The notes under the pieces are model-generated. The model made no database searches. It worked only from the letters and a program-made list of their open reading frames with translations, and was not told the DNA's origin. Of a stretch of DNA of 64,000 nucleotides, positions 35,805 through 46,300 are shown one piece after another. The stretch spans positions 43,408-107,407 of the forward strand of contig JAQTQB010000005.1 of the NCBI GenBank assembly GCA_028712475.1, given 5' to 3'. A program made the translations under genes and the position numbers. The stretch is from Verrucomicrobiales bacterium. GTDB taxonomy: Bacteria; Verrucomicrobiota; Verrucomicrobiia; Limisphaerales; UBA11358. The first letter of the stretch is position 1, and each line of letters begins with the position of its first letter.

Positions 35805-36637
35805 GCGAACCGGTCATCCATGTTTCCAAACATCAAGCAATGGCAACGCAGTTTCAGGTGCGCATTGCTGACGAGGAGAAAAGCTACGCCGCGCAAGCGG
35901 CACAGGCCGCGTTTGCTTTGACGGACAAGCTGGAATCGCACTTGAGCCGCTTCCGCGCCAACAGCGACATTTCCCAAGTTGCACAACTGGTGCCCGGCGA
36001 AAAACTGCGCTTGAGCGAACCGGTTTTCGCCTGCCTTGAGATCGCCAAAAAAATGGAGACTGCCACGCGCGGCGCATTTTCCGTGACCGCCGCTGCGTTG
36101 AAAACACAAGCGGCGTTGCCACAATGGTCGTTGTTTTCCAAAGAATTTTCCATCCGCTGCGACGGCGGCAAACTGGATTTTGATCTGGGCGCGATCGGCA
36201 AAGGTTTTGCGCTGGATCGCATGGCGGAAGTTTTGCAAGAGTGGGATTGCCCGGCATTCCTGCTCGTGGCGGGCGGCAGCAGCATCCTCGCGGGTGATGC
36301 GCCTGCGGGAACGACCGGCTGGTCGTGCGGACTGGGCGATGATCATTCGCCGCACCGTTACTGGCTGAAAAATTGTTCCTTGAGCGGCTCCGGCCTCGTG
36401 GTGAAGGGACAACATATTTTTGATCCGCGCACCGGGACGGTTGCACAGCGCAAAAATCGTGCGTGGGCTTTGGCCGACAGCGCCGCCGAATCAGACGCAC
36501 TCTCGACCGCCTGCATGGTCTTGGATGAAGTGGAAATCGCCGGGGTCGTCGGGGAAAGCCATGACTGGCTGGTCTTTTTGGAAGAGCTTGGAACGTGTCG
36601 TTGTCTTGGCTGTCGCGCCTCCCCGCCGCGTGCTTGA
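35801..36637 (+). CDS. Second ApbE-family FAD:protein FMN transferase
   Basis: The start is chosen at MSEPVIHVSKHQAMATQFQV..., an ATGA overlap with the upstream stop. ApbE blocks are present: SDISQVAQL, FDLGAIGKGFALDRM, IFDPRTG. Confidence 0.84.
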   Translation: MSEPVIHVSKHQAMATQFQVRIADEEKSYAAQAAQAAFALTDKLESHLSRFRANSDISQVAQLVPGEKLRLSEPVFACLEIAKKMETATRGAFSVTAAALKTQAALPQWSLFSKEFSIRCDGGKLDFDLGAIGKGFALDRMAEVLQEWDCPAFLLVAGGSSILAGDAPAGTTGWSCGLGDDHSPHRYWLKNCSLSGSGLVVKGQHIFDPRTGTVAQRKNRAWALADSAAESDALSTACMVLDEVEIAGVVGESHDWLVFLEELGTCRCLGCRASPPRA

Positions 36638-36639
36638 TT

Positions 36640-37197
36640 TCAGGACGCGGCTGGCTCTGGCGCCGGTTTTTTGGCGACGATGACGGCAGCCGGGCGCAAC
36701 AGGCGTTCGCGGAGCTTGTAGCCCCTGCGGATCTGCTGGACGACATTGCCTTCCGGCACGCTTTCGGTTTCCTGTTGCGACACCGCTTCGTGAAATGTGG
36801 GGTCGAAGGCCTTGCCGGTGGCATCCACTTCTTCCAGACCGGATTCGGCGAGGACGCCCTTGATCTGCTGTTGAATCATGGCGATGCCGGCCTGCAAGGA
36901 GGCAATCCCGGTTTGCGGGACTTGCGCGGTCTGCGCGGCGGCCTGCGCCATTTCAAAATTATCCAGGATGGGGAGCAGTTTCTGGAGCAGGGAGGCGTTG
37001 GCGAACTGGGCCGCCTCGGTTCGTTCACGGGCGGCGCGTTTTTTGTAATTTTCAAAATCAGCGGTCACGCGCAGCAGCCGTTCCCAATGCTCATCGGCCT
37101 TGGCGGCACGGGTCTGGAGTTCGGCCAGTTGCTCCGGCGTCAGTTCGAGCGCTACGACTTCATCGTCAACATCAGCCATGTTTTCTTCTTTCTTCAT
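36640..37197 (-). CDS. grpE: Nucleotide exchange factor GrpE
   Basis: 185 aa with RVTADFENYKKRAARE, LLPILDNFE, and the C-terminal GYKLRERLLRPAAV. Confidence 0.93.
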   Translation of the reverse strand: MKKEENMADVDDEVVALELTPEQLAELQTRAAKADEHWERLLRVTADFENYKKRAARERTEAAQFANASLLQKLLPILDNFEMAQAAAQTAQVPQTGIASLQAGIAMIQQQIKGVLAESGLEEVDATGKAFDPTFHEAVSQQETESVPEGNVVQQIRRGYKLRERLLRPAAVIVAKKPAPEPAAS

Positions 37198-37280
37198 GCA
37201 AATTGTTTCGTGTAAAAATAAAATCTTGCCGGCAGATTAAACCATCCGCCGGAATCCGCAACCGGGATGAAGCGGCGTGA

Positions 37281-40200
37281 TCAGTATGCCGGGACGAGCT
37301 TTTGAAATTCCGGCCGGTTGCGGATGGCATTGAAACGCGTATCCTTGCGGGCTTCGACGATGAGGTCGAGCGCCATCGAGTTGGTCAGGAGCCGTCTGGA
37401 ACTCATCTGGATGGCAATGCCAAGATTTTTCAACGAGTCGTCAGTTTTTCCGTTGATTGATTGGAACGCGGCCAGATCGAAACGCGGTTCAGGCTTGTCG
37501 GGCAGCAGCACGACGAGTTTTTGCAGCGCGGCTTCAAGTTTGGCGTAGTCGCCGAGCATTGCGGAAATCTGTGCCATCGCGGTGACATTTTCTGGACGGG
37601 CGTTCGGGTCGGCCAAAGCCTGGTCAAACAACGCGGCGGCCTGCCGGAACAGTTCGGTGGCGCGGTTGGTTTCCTGCATCTGGTTGTAAAGGCTGCCCAA
37701 GTTCAGGATGTTCTGGAAGTTGGTCGGATTGGCGATTGCCTCGCTTTGCAGTTTTTGCAATTGCTCCTGAATGTGGCCGCGTTCGGCGGATTGCAGCTTG
37801 AAATCCTTCAACTGGTTGATGAGGTTTTTAATCTGGTCGTTGTAGGGGTCAAGCTTGATGCAGGTCTGGGCAACAATCAGCGCGTCCTCCAGCCGGTTGA
37901 ACTGGAGCAGGAAGTTGACGTAGCGATAAACGGCCTCCGGGCTGTAAGGGCAGAACGCAAATGCCTGTTTGAAGGCAAAGTCGGCTTCCTTGATCAGTGC
38001 CTGCCTTTCCGCCTCGTTTTTCGGGGCATATTCCGGAGGGCAATCCCGGCCCAGCCGCCACGCATAAACCCCGGCGATTGAACTGCGCAGTTTGGAAAAG
38101 GCCTTCTGCCCGCCGTCATCGCGGATGAATTTGCGGTCGCCCTTGAAGCCGGCGTAATTGTTACCGACATAAAGTCTCTGGGAGAAATCCGAGATTTCCT
38201 GCGGCTTGGTGTCGTAAGTGATCCAGTTGCCGATGAGCCGTTCGGAATACTTGCTCCAGAACTCATGGTCGCGCTTGAAAACCTCCGGGGGCAGCGACGG
38301 CAGCGGATTGCGGTTGATTTTCATGATGATGCCAAAAGGCGTCTCGTAGGGATACATCCAGTCGAGCGGGAAACTTTCCTCGATGTAAAATTCATTGGTC
38401 GGGTTGTGGTCGAAAATAACCTTGCATAACAGGCCGTTGATCATCATCACGGCGACCTGGCCGGAAACCTGCACACGGCCGTTTTCCACTTTGACATTTT
38501 CGCCGGGACGAAGCTGTCCCAGCGCCTGCCGGCGCGCGACGTCATCGGTGTATTGCTGGAAACATTCCTGTGAATCTTGCGGCGACGGGATGTAAATCTC
38601 GTTGGGCGGATAAACTCCTTCAGCCCGGCGGCGTGCTTCGACTTTTGCGCCTAATTTTGTGAACGGCACGTCCAGGACGGTGTAGGCGAGGCTCGACAGG
38701 CTGCGAACCAGCGGATTTTTTTCACCCAGCAATTTTACAAATTCCCGGAAGAACGGCGGATCCTGCTGCTGGCTGCGGAAATATTGCGAGCGCAGATAAT
38801 CCAGATAAGTTCCGTCGGCGAGCGCATTTTGGGTGATAAGGTAGCAATCGCGGCGGTCAAAATTTTGATCCTGCTTGGGCTGGCAACTGTGCGGGATGAA
38901 GCTCTCGCAAAAAATCATGTAGGTCGGGCAAAAACGGCCGGGGTCGGTGCCGCCGAAAACAATCGAGTCGCGCGCCATTTCGGGATAGACAAGGTCGCCT
39001 TTCGGACCTTTCATCGCTTCCGCGCGGAGCTTGGCGTCGTAAATCATTTTGCCATCTGGTCCGACAAAGGGCGGGGTGAACATGTCGTGGCCGAACCAGT
39101 AGCCAAACCAGTGGTTGCGCTGCTCGCTCTTATACCAGTGGGACAGACCGGACCAGACCGGCATGGCCGTGAAGATCAGGAGCACAATCAGAACCGGCCC
39201 GCGTTGGCGGTAGGCCAGCAACGCCAAGATGAAAATGGTGGCGGTCGCCACTAGAATGAGATTGGCGAAAATCGGCAGTCCGTATTGGTCGGTTTCAAAA
39301 GCCTTGGCGACGTAGTGCGGCAGTTGGAACAGGCTTATTTCCCCGGCAGGGCCAAAATAAAGCCGGCCTGCCGCATCCACGAGGCAATATACCGCCAGCA
39401 CCAGGGCGATGCCGCCGCCCAGCAATCCCCAGCGCCGGAATTTCAGATAATGCGTGGCCATGTAGGCCGACAGCAGCGCCAGCCCGTAGCCGATCATGAT
39501 GGCCACCACCGCGTGGGAGGCGCAAAAGAACACCTTGCTCTCCTCCGCCTGCTGGCGGTCGGGCGACGTGTTCATGATCATGGTCAGCAAAATGCCGACG
39601 CAGAAGTAAATGGCCGTCAGCCCGATGATCCAGGAACGTTCGCGGTTCTTCATTTTGAACAGGAAGAAGAACGGCAGGAGGGCGATGAAAAGGCAGACCC
39701 AGCTGAACGAACCCGCGAGGCCATCCACCAACAGTCCCAGTTGCATCATGAAGCGATAAGGATCGGCAAACACGTCCGTTGGGCTGGCTTTTTCATACTG
39801 GCCGCGAGTTAGCGCATGGAAAAAACCTTCCACCGTGCGCGGATAACCCCATTGCATCGGCGGACACGTCATGCCCGAGATCGGCTCGTAAAAATAAAAT
39901 GAAGCCCCGACCGCATAAAGAATTCCCATGAAAATGACCGATTTCCATTCCGTTCCGATGCTTTTGGTTTTGAGGCTCAACCAGAAGCAGGCCGCGATCG
40001 AACCAATCCCCACCATGTGGAAAATGGCGATGAACATCGGGCTCAAGGCGTTCAACGCGGGAAACCATTTGGCGGCGAGTGCCATGCAGCCCAGCAAATA
40101 GATGATGCTGTTGCCCAAAAAAAGATCGCGACCGAGACGGGGCAGGGCGGCGGCGATGCAAACCTCGATGCCCATGGCAGCCACGAGCATGGTCTGGTGA

Positions 40201-40853
40201 ATCGTCGCGCACACGCCGAAGAAAAACATCGCGATGTAGAGATAGCGTCTTTGGTGCGGCGCATAAATCCAGCGCAGAAGGCAGAGCGCCACCACCATCA
40301 GCCACGGCACGTCAAAAATCGAGATGCGGTTGATGACCACCGATTCTTTCCACATGAACCCGTCGAATCCCAGCATCAGCCCTGCGACGATGCCCGTGAC
40401 CACGCAGATGAGGTTCTCCCATTTGCGGTTCATTGTTTTCAATTCTTCGATGCCCTCGATGAGCATGCTGCTGCCGCGCGACACCATCAAGCCGACCAAA
40501 CCGCACGCCATCGCCTCGGCAAACGATTCGCCCACCTCCACCCGCCAGGCCACGTTGCCGAACGGCACGATCACCGTCCACAGCCATGAATAAATCGCCC
40601 AGAACGGATAGCCCGGCGGATGCGGAATGCCCGCGTAAAAGGACGCCGTGCAAAGCTCGCCGGAATCTTCCAGCGTCACTTCCGGCGCGAGCGTCAGCAG
40701 ATAAGCCGTCCACACCACGCCGAAACTGATGGCCATCACCAGCCAGTCCATCCTACGGAACAACGGGGGAACTTTGACGGGGACGGGTTTGGCGACCGGG
40801 GCATTGGTCGCATTCGGTTTCTTGCCCTGTGCTTTGCTTTTGTCTTTGCTCAT
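37281..40853 (-). CDS. DUF2723 (TMEM260-like, GT-C-type) polytopic membrane protein with a C-terminal TPR region
   Basis: The motif SFYAGIPHPPGYPFWAIYSWLW is characteristic of DUF2723. There are more than 10 TM helices and TPR-like helical repeats in the last ~250 aa. The start is chosen at MSKDKSKAQGKK. The track ORF extends to 41090, but that extension looks non-coding. Confidence 0.83.
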   Translation of the reverse strand: MSKDKSKAQGKKPNATNAPVAKPVPVKVPPLFRRMDWLVMAISFGVVWTAYLLTLAPEVTLEDSGELCTASFYAGIPHPPGYPFWAIYSWLWTVIVPFGNVAWRVEVGESFAEAMACGLVGLMVSRGSSMLIEGIEELKTMNRKWENLICVVTGIVAGLMLGFDGFMWKESVVINRISIFDVPWLMVVALCLLRWIYAPHQRRYLYIAMFFFGVCATIHQTMLVAAMGIEVCIAAALPRLGRDLFLGNSIIYLLGCMALAAKWFPALNALSPMFIAIFHMVGIGSIAACFWLSLKTKSIGTEWKSVIFMGILYAVGASFYFYEPISGMTCPPMQWGYPRTVEGFFHALTRGQYEKASPTDVFADPYRFMMQLGLLVDGLAGSFSWVCLFIALLPFFFLFKMKNRERSWIIGLTAIYFCVGILLTMIMNTSPDRQQAEESKVFFCASHAVVAIMIGYGLALLSAYMATHYLKFRRWGLLGGGIALVLAVYCLVDAAGRLYFGPAGEISLFQLPHYVAKAFETDQYGLPIFANLILVATATIFILALLAYRQRGPVLIVLLIFTAMPVWSGLSHWYKSEQRNHWFGYWFGHDMFTPPFVGPDGKMIYDAKLRAEAMKGPKGDLVYPEMARDSIVFGGTDPGRFCPTYMIFCESFIPHSCQPKQDQNFDRRDCYLITQNALADGTYLDYLRSQYFRSQQQDPPFFREFVKLLGEKNPLVRSLSSLAYTVLDVPFTKLGAKVEARRRAEGVYPPNEIYIPSPQDSQECFQQYTDDVARRQALGQLRPGENVKVENGRVQVSGQVAVMMINGLLCKVIFDHNPTNEFYIEESFPLDWMYPYETPFGIIMKINRNPLPSLPPEVFKRDHEFWSKYSERLIGNWITYDTKPQEISDFSQRLYVGNNYAGFKGDRKFIRDDGGQKAFSKLRSSIAGVYAWRLGRDCPPEYAPKNEAERQALIKEADFAFKQAFAFCPYSPEAVYRYVNFLLQFNRLEDALIVAQTCIKLDPYNDQIKNLINQLKDFKLQSAERGHIQEQLQKLQSEAIANPTNFQNILNLGSLYNQMQETNRATELFRQAAALFDQALADPNARPENVTAMAQISAMLGDYAKLEAALQKLVVLLPDKPEPRFDLAAFQSINGKTDDSLKNLGIAIQMSSRRLLTNSMALDLIVEARKDTRFNAIRNRPEFQKLVPAY

Positions 40854-41126
40854 TTGCCGGATAACATTTTGTAAGGCCGCATAGTTGAAAGGCATTGCTG
40901 GTATTTGTCCATCAAAAACGACGTGCTTAATAGACGGGTGAACGTCAAATTCGTTCAATTTGCCTGTGCTGACAAGGCAGGGCAGGGCAGTCAGATCAAA
41001 CCGCCGTGTCACCAATTTTCCTGAAAAATAGCCGGCCAAAGAAGTCAAACTGCCGAAAAAGATGACGCGGAACGCGCTTCGTTTGCTCAATCACCCAATG
41101 CTTGCCCACCAAATCAAGCAAGGCCG

Positions 41127-43052
41127 CTATTGCGGTGGGAACGCGCGCCAAGTGATGCTGACGTTCTGATAGCCCATGGCAATTCCAAAAATGTCCGTCG
41201 CCGTGAGGTTCACGCTCAAATGATTCCCAACCACAGAGACTTCGGCAGGATCCACGCTCACATAAGAAATCGTGGCCGGATAGCCGCCGCCAATGGGCGA
41301 TGGAATGGCATTCACGTCACCAATCGAACCGGAGTCGTCAAAAATCGCCGAGTTGATGATGACCTGAAAATCGCTGGGGATGAACCCAAAGTCCAGGCTG
41401 TCCAGATTCGTAGAGATGGACATGCCAAAGCCACCAACAGAGAAGTAATCATCCGGATAATTTATGGTCTGTTCGATGGCAGGCCGGGCGGCGGCGATGC
41501 TGATGTTCGCATCCACCGGGTCAAGCGCGCTATTATTGGTCTGGCCGATGGTGCCTTGATAGACGACAAGGAATTTGGTGCCGGAGGGTGCCGGGCCGGG
41601 ATAAGTCATGTTCGCGCTGCTGCCGTCCGGCAGAATGCCGCCCGATACCATGTCGCTCAAGTTCGTGTGCTGGACGAGGGACCGGTTTCCGCTGGCATCC
41701 TCTTCAAACAAGGAGAACGCACCGTTGTAGAAATCCTGGCCGGAAGTGTTTTTGTTCGTGAACGTGTAGATGTCTGTATTGGTGTCCCAATTAAAGCCCA
41801 CGTCCAATGTCCCGCGAAAGAAATAATCCAGAATGCCCGCGCTATATTCCACCGCTTTGGGGATGAGAATGTCGTGATAAGCCTTAAGAACATTATCGTC
41901 TTGAATCGTGCTGGAAACTTCAAGGACGCGCCCGCTTTTTCTGGTATAAGCACCCAGATATGTGAGCGCGCTGTGATTTGCAAAAGAAATCCCATCGCCG
42001 GTTTTATCGAGATAAATGCGATTGACCAGTTCTTCGTCTTTCAATAGAACCGTCCTGACTCCATTCCCCAAGGTTGTTCTTTTTTTGGGGTAGTCCGTGC
42101 TGGTTTGCAACGAGGGATAGGGAAAGTAATGCTTGGAGTAATCCTTGTCGCTTAGTTTGAAGTATTCACGGTAGGTCGTAGTTCTCCCGATGAAATTTCC
42201 GTTGCTGAATTCGGCGAGGCCTAGTTTTTTGCCGGAAACATTATTTTTATCATCGTTGAGAGCCTGGGTGTTCCCTGTGTAAAAATCCCTGTCCCAAAAA
42301 TCCTGCATTTTTGTGAAACCAGCCGCGCGCCAGTTCAACAAGTTGGCTGAATAATTCAATTGCTGCCAATGGTCTGCGCCATATTGCTCCATGGCACTAT
42401 AATAAGGAGGCCAAAAACTCAAATGCTGTTCGTTACGGACGTGTTGAGGTTGACTCGTATCTTGCAGCAGATGAACAACGTCTCCAAGACCTCGAAACAT
42501 TTGAGCTAAAAAACTGTTGCGAATGATTGGGTTGGCATTGGTCAAACCTTGCCATTCGTTTTGTCGCACGTTTTGCCATGTCCATTCATTCATCGTATTG
42601 AAATTTGGAAAAGGCAGCCGAGAATTTATACCGGGTTCATTGAACCATGCGGCCCAATTAAAAGAATTCACACCATATATTTGGTTTCCATCAAATTCAA
42701 CCGGCGGAATATCTGAAAGGCCTTGGCCATTCAAAGGATTGTAAAAATGATTATATGATCTGGCTCCGCCAGCGTCCTCATAGAGGTCATCTTCCCGAAT
42801 TGCTCCAAGAGACATCCAGCCAAATTCTCCGCCGATAGGCCGATAATCTCCACCGAATGGAAACAGGAGTTGGCCGCTAGGATCGGTTACAGTAATTGTA
42901 TTCAAGAATTCCTTGTATCCGTCCGACTGTGCAGAAACGATGGAGGCCGCACTCATGGTAATATGTTGATGCACGACAACTTCGTGTGCAACGGAGACGA
43001 ATGGGAGGCTCAACGCCAGCAACATCAAAGCAATTGCATTATTTTTCATCAT
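41127..43052 (-). CDS. Secreted protein with an N-terminal zinc-dependent phospholipase C/P1-nuclease-like domain and an uncharacterised beta-rich C-terminal half
   Basis: The start is chosen at MMKNNAIALMLLALSLPFVSVAHE, a signal peptide. The motifs HQHIT, SYNHFYNPLNGQGL and LGDVVHLLQDTSQPQHVRN match the metal-ligand blocks of the Zn-PLC fold. The gene has lower G+C than its surroundings. Confidence 0.62.
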   Translation of the reverse strand: MMKNNAIALMLLALSLPFVSVAHEVVVHQHITMSAASIVSAQSDGYKEFLNTITVTDPSGQLLFPFGGDYRPIGGEFGWMSLGAIREDDLYEDAGGARSYNHFYNPLNGQGLSDIPPVEFDGNQIYGVNSFNWAAWFNEPGINSRLPFPNFNTMNEWTWQNVRQNEWQGLTNANPIIRNSFLAQMFRGLGDVVHLLQDTSQPQHVRNEQHLSFWPPYYSAMEQYGADHWQQLNYSANLLNWRAAGFTKMQDFWDRDFYTGNTQALNDDKNNVSGKKLGLAEFSNGNFIGRTTTYREYFKLSDKDYSKHYFPYPSLQTSTDYPKKRTTLGNGVRTVLLKDEELVNRIYLDKTGDGISFANHSALTYLGAYTRKSGRVLEVSSTIQDDNVLKAYHDILIPKAVEYSAGILDYFFRGTLDVGFNWDTNTDIYTFTNKNTSGQDFYNGAFSLFEEDASGNRSLVQHTNLSDMVSGGILPDGSSANMTYPGPAPSGTKFLVVYQGTIGQTNNSALDPVDANISIAAARPAIEQTINYPDDYFSVGGFGMSISTNLDSLDFGFIPSDFQVIINSAIFDDSGSIGDVNAIPSPIGGGYPATISYVSVDPAEVSVVGNHLSVNLTATDIFGIAMGYQNVSITWRAFPPQ

Positions 43053-43383
43053 TGCTCCTCTTGATAGAAAACAAAATTGCCGCAACAATCGCCGAAATAA
43101 TTGTTCCAAGAACCGTATTCATGAGGATACAAATCAGATCGTCTGTAAAAATGCCGTTGAATGGTGCTGTGGGCATTTTGTTCCCAATTATCAAGTATAC
43201 AGGAAGGCCGATTACACCTCGGATTAAAGCAAAAAACATTGCCACGCCACCCTCGCCGCTTCCATGTGCAAAAAGATGGAAACAAATAATCACAAAAAAA
43301 GTAAAAGCTGCAAACAGCAAGCCACCACGAATTGCAACTTTTGCTACTGCACAAAGTTTTGTTTTTGTTTCTGGATTTTTCAT
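43039..43383 (-). CDS. Small 3-TM membrane protein, hypothetical
   Basis: The start is chosen at MKNPETKTKL. It has three hydrophobic helices. G+C is about 40% by hand count of lines 43081-43200. It lies 7 nt downstream of the giant gene stop and overlaps the next gene start by 14 nt. Confidence 0.5.
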   Translation of the reverse strand: MKNPETKTKLCAVAKVAIRGGLLFAAFTFFVIICFHLFAHGSGEGGVAMFFALIRGVIGLPVYLIIGNKMPTAPFNGIFTDDLICILMNTVLGTIISAIVAAILFSIKRSNDEK

Positions 43384-43390
43384 AGTTTTT

Positions 43391-46300
43391 TCAAAAGGAA
43401 TCAATTTTCCACGCGCCGTTCTCCTTAACAAATTCTATCGGAAATGTGATGGCTTGTCCGTCAATCGTTTGCTGGAAATAGTATTCAGCCGTGTCACCAT
43501 TAACAAAAACTGGCTTCAGTGTTCCGATCTGACCAATGGCGGAAATGGTGGTGACGGTGCCAAGATCAAGAAATGACTGCCGGTATTTGTCTGCCGAGAG
43601 GCTGGAGAAATCCGATGCCGCGCCCGGAATGTCGGCAGCGGCAATCCGGGCGGTCATGTGGTTCCAAACCGCCAGCACGGGGTCCGCATCTCCACTCGGA
43701 GCTGTGCATAGAATCACGCGGTTGTTGCCGGTGTCGGCAATATAGAACAGGTCGTTGGTGAAATTATTGACCGCAGCCACCGCATACGGCTGGCTTAAAT
43801 TGGTGGTCACTGCGTAGTCAATGCTGGACGCGGTGATGCTGAAAAACCCGCTTGCCGGAAATTTGAATTTCTGGATGCGGTTGTTGCCGGTGTCCGCCAC
43901 ATAAACGCCGCGCGTGCCAACGCAGAGGTTGACCGGCCCACTGAATTGTCCCAAGGCAGTGCCATTGGTTCCCGCCACGCCTTGAACCGAACTTCCCTGT
44001 GCCAGCACGATCCGGTTGTTCCCTGAATCCACGACATACAACGTGCCGACCGAATCATAGGTGAGTCCCTTGGGCGCATTGAACTGGCCGACGGCACTAC
44101 CCGCTGCGCCGAAGGAGGCGATGAATGCGCCGGTCGTCACTGCGAATTGCTGAATCCGATGGTTGCCGGAATCCGACACCGAAATGCTCTGACCGTCGGG
44201 AGTGACCGCGACATCGAACGGGGCATTGAACGCGCCGTTAGTTGTCCCGGAAATTCCGTTTGTAAATCCGATGACACCTCGAACACCAAAATTCGTGTCC
44301 GCCGCGAATGAACTGCTTGTCGGCTTCAATTTCCAAACCTGATTGCTGGCGCTCACGGCCACATAAACATTGCCCGCTGCGTCCACGTCAAAGCCCGACG
44401 GATTCGTGCCAACGCTGCTCAAGGAGCGGATGGTGCTGCCGTTGGTGCTGAATTCCGTAAGCGTCGCAGCGCTGCGCGACAAAACGTAAAGATTGGTGCC
44501 GATCAATTTTAAATCCACCGGGTCGGTGATGCTGGCGAACGTCGCCACCGTCGGCGGCATCTGCACATTGATGCGGATTGGCTGATTAATCTCGTCCAAG
44601 GCCACGGCGTTCCATCCGCCCACGCTGGAAAAGCGACCCGTGGTGGTCTGAATCGTAACGACCGGGAAGTATTCGCCGTTGGTCGCGTAAGCGTGGGTGA
44701 TGGAATTCAGATTGTTGGTGACAAAATCGGCAAGGCTGTCGCCGTTGAAATCATAAGCCGCCTGCTGAAAGGTTCCGGGCATATTGGTCTGAACCTGGAA
44801 CGTGACGGTCAACGGAGCAAAGCCGGCAATCGGCGTGGCCTGGAGTTGAACCGGATTGTTCAGGCTGCCATTAGCATTGGTGGTCGTAATGATGTTGATT
44901 GAAGCAACATTGGTGCTTCCGGTCAAATCTTCGAGCAAGGCTGTGATGATGTTGGTGCCCGCATCCAACGGCACGTTCAAGGCGTTAAAGTTTGTGCCAT
45001 TCACAAAGGCCAGAACGCCATTGACCGTGACTTGTTTCAGAGAACCAGCGGTGAAATTCCCGCTGACGTTCACCCTTGACGCGTTGAACGAGACATTGTT
45101 GACAGGATTGGTGATCGAAATGGTTGGCGGAACAGAATCCAGAACCAGAGTGGTCTCCTCCCATGTCTGATGCGCGTTTGACGGCAATCCCCGGAGTCCG
45201 ACCCAGACATCATGCGCTCCCTGATTTGTGCCGAGGCTTACCGTGAGATTGGATGACGTGTAGGCTGTCCACGTTGCCCCCGCAAAATTCGTGCTGTCCA
45301 CCAGCAACGCGAAGTAAGACGGCACGCCGCCCAAAACCGTGATGATGCCGCTGACGATGTTGGTGCTGACGTATTGATTCGCAAACGAGAAAGCAAAGCT
45401 GATTTTGTTCGGGTCGGCGCCGTTCAGATATTCCTGCAAATTATTGGTGCCATCACTGTCATAGTCACCGAGCGGATCCAAACCACCATGGCCGAAATAG
45501 TTTGTTTCCCAAGTCCCCAGCGCGCCGTCGGGATTCGCCAGATAATCCGGCAGGCCCGACCAATAGGTGCCGGCCGGATAACCGATGATGTTCGGATTGA
45601 AATTCGTTCCAGTGTAATATCCACCGCTGCCAATCTGCACGGAAACCATGTCATCCAGAAAATTCGCAAGGGGAACATTGGTTGGAAAATAGACCCAGAA
45701 TGATGTCAGCCCGGACGAATCCGTAGTCAAGGTCAGGCTCGTCTCCGCAATGCCATTCGTGGCCGTGGCAAGCTGGACTGCGCCACTGACAATTGCGACA
45801 GCTTCCTCGATGTTGGTCAGCGGTGCTGAACCGGCTCCGGTGAGTTGCACCGTCACCGGCAGAAACATCCCGGCGGCGTTCGTCTGATATTGACCGCCGG
45901 TTATCTGAAATTTCGGAATGACAATGGTTAGTTGCAAATTGGTTCCCACCCCCAGCCCGCCTTCAGGACTGGCGGCATAAAAGTTGATCGTGCAATTGGT
46001 GTTGACCGTATCAAAGGCATAGGCAAACACCTCGACCTCCCCGTTGGTGCCGGTATCAAGTCTTAAATCGGAGAATTCATTGTATTGAATAACCTCCGCA
46101 TCCGAATTGGTATCCAACCATAAATCACCTTGGGCAACCCGGACATAGACCGGTGCATTGGTCAACGGATTGCCCGCCAAATCGGTGACCCGAAATTGAA
46201 ATGATTGCGCCAGGAAAGGATTAGCGCAGGCCCCAGCCTGGATGATTTGAGGTTTGGGTTCAACGGGATTGTAGTAAACAGAGTAGGGCCGGGTATAGTC

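Noticed and set aside
40854-41090. 79-aa N-terminal extension of the DUF2723 ORF
   Set aside because: The extension has atypical composition and no TM or signal logic. The internal ATG at 40853 gives a sensible basic N-terminus directly before the first TM helix.
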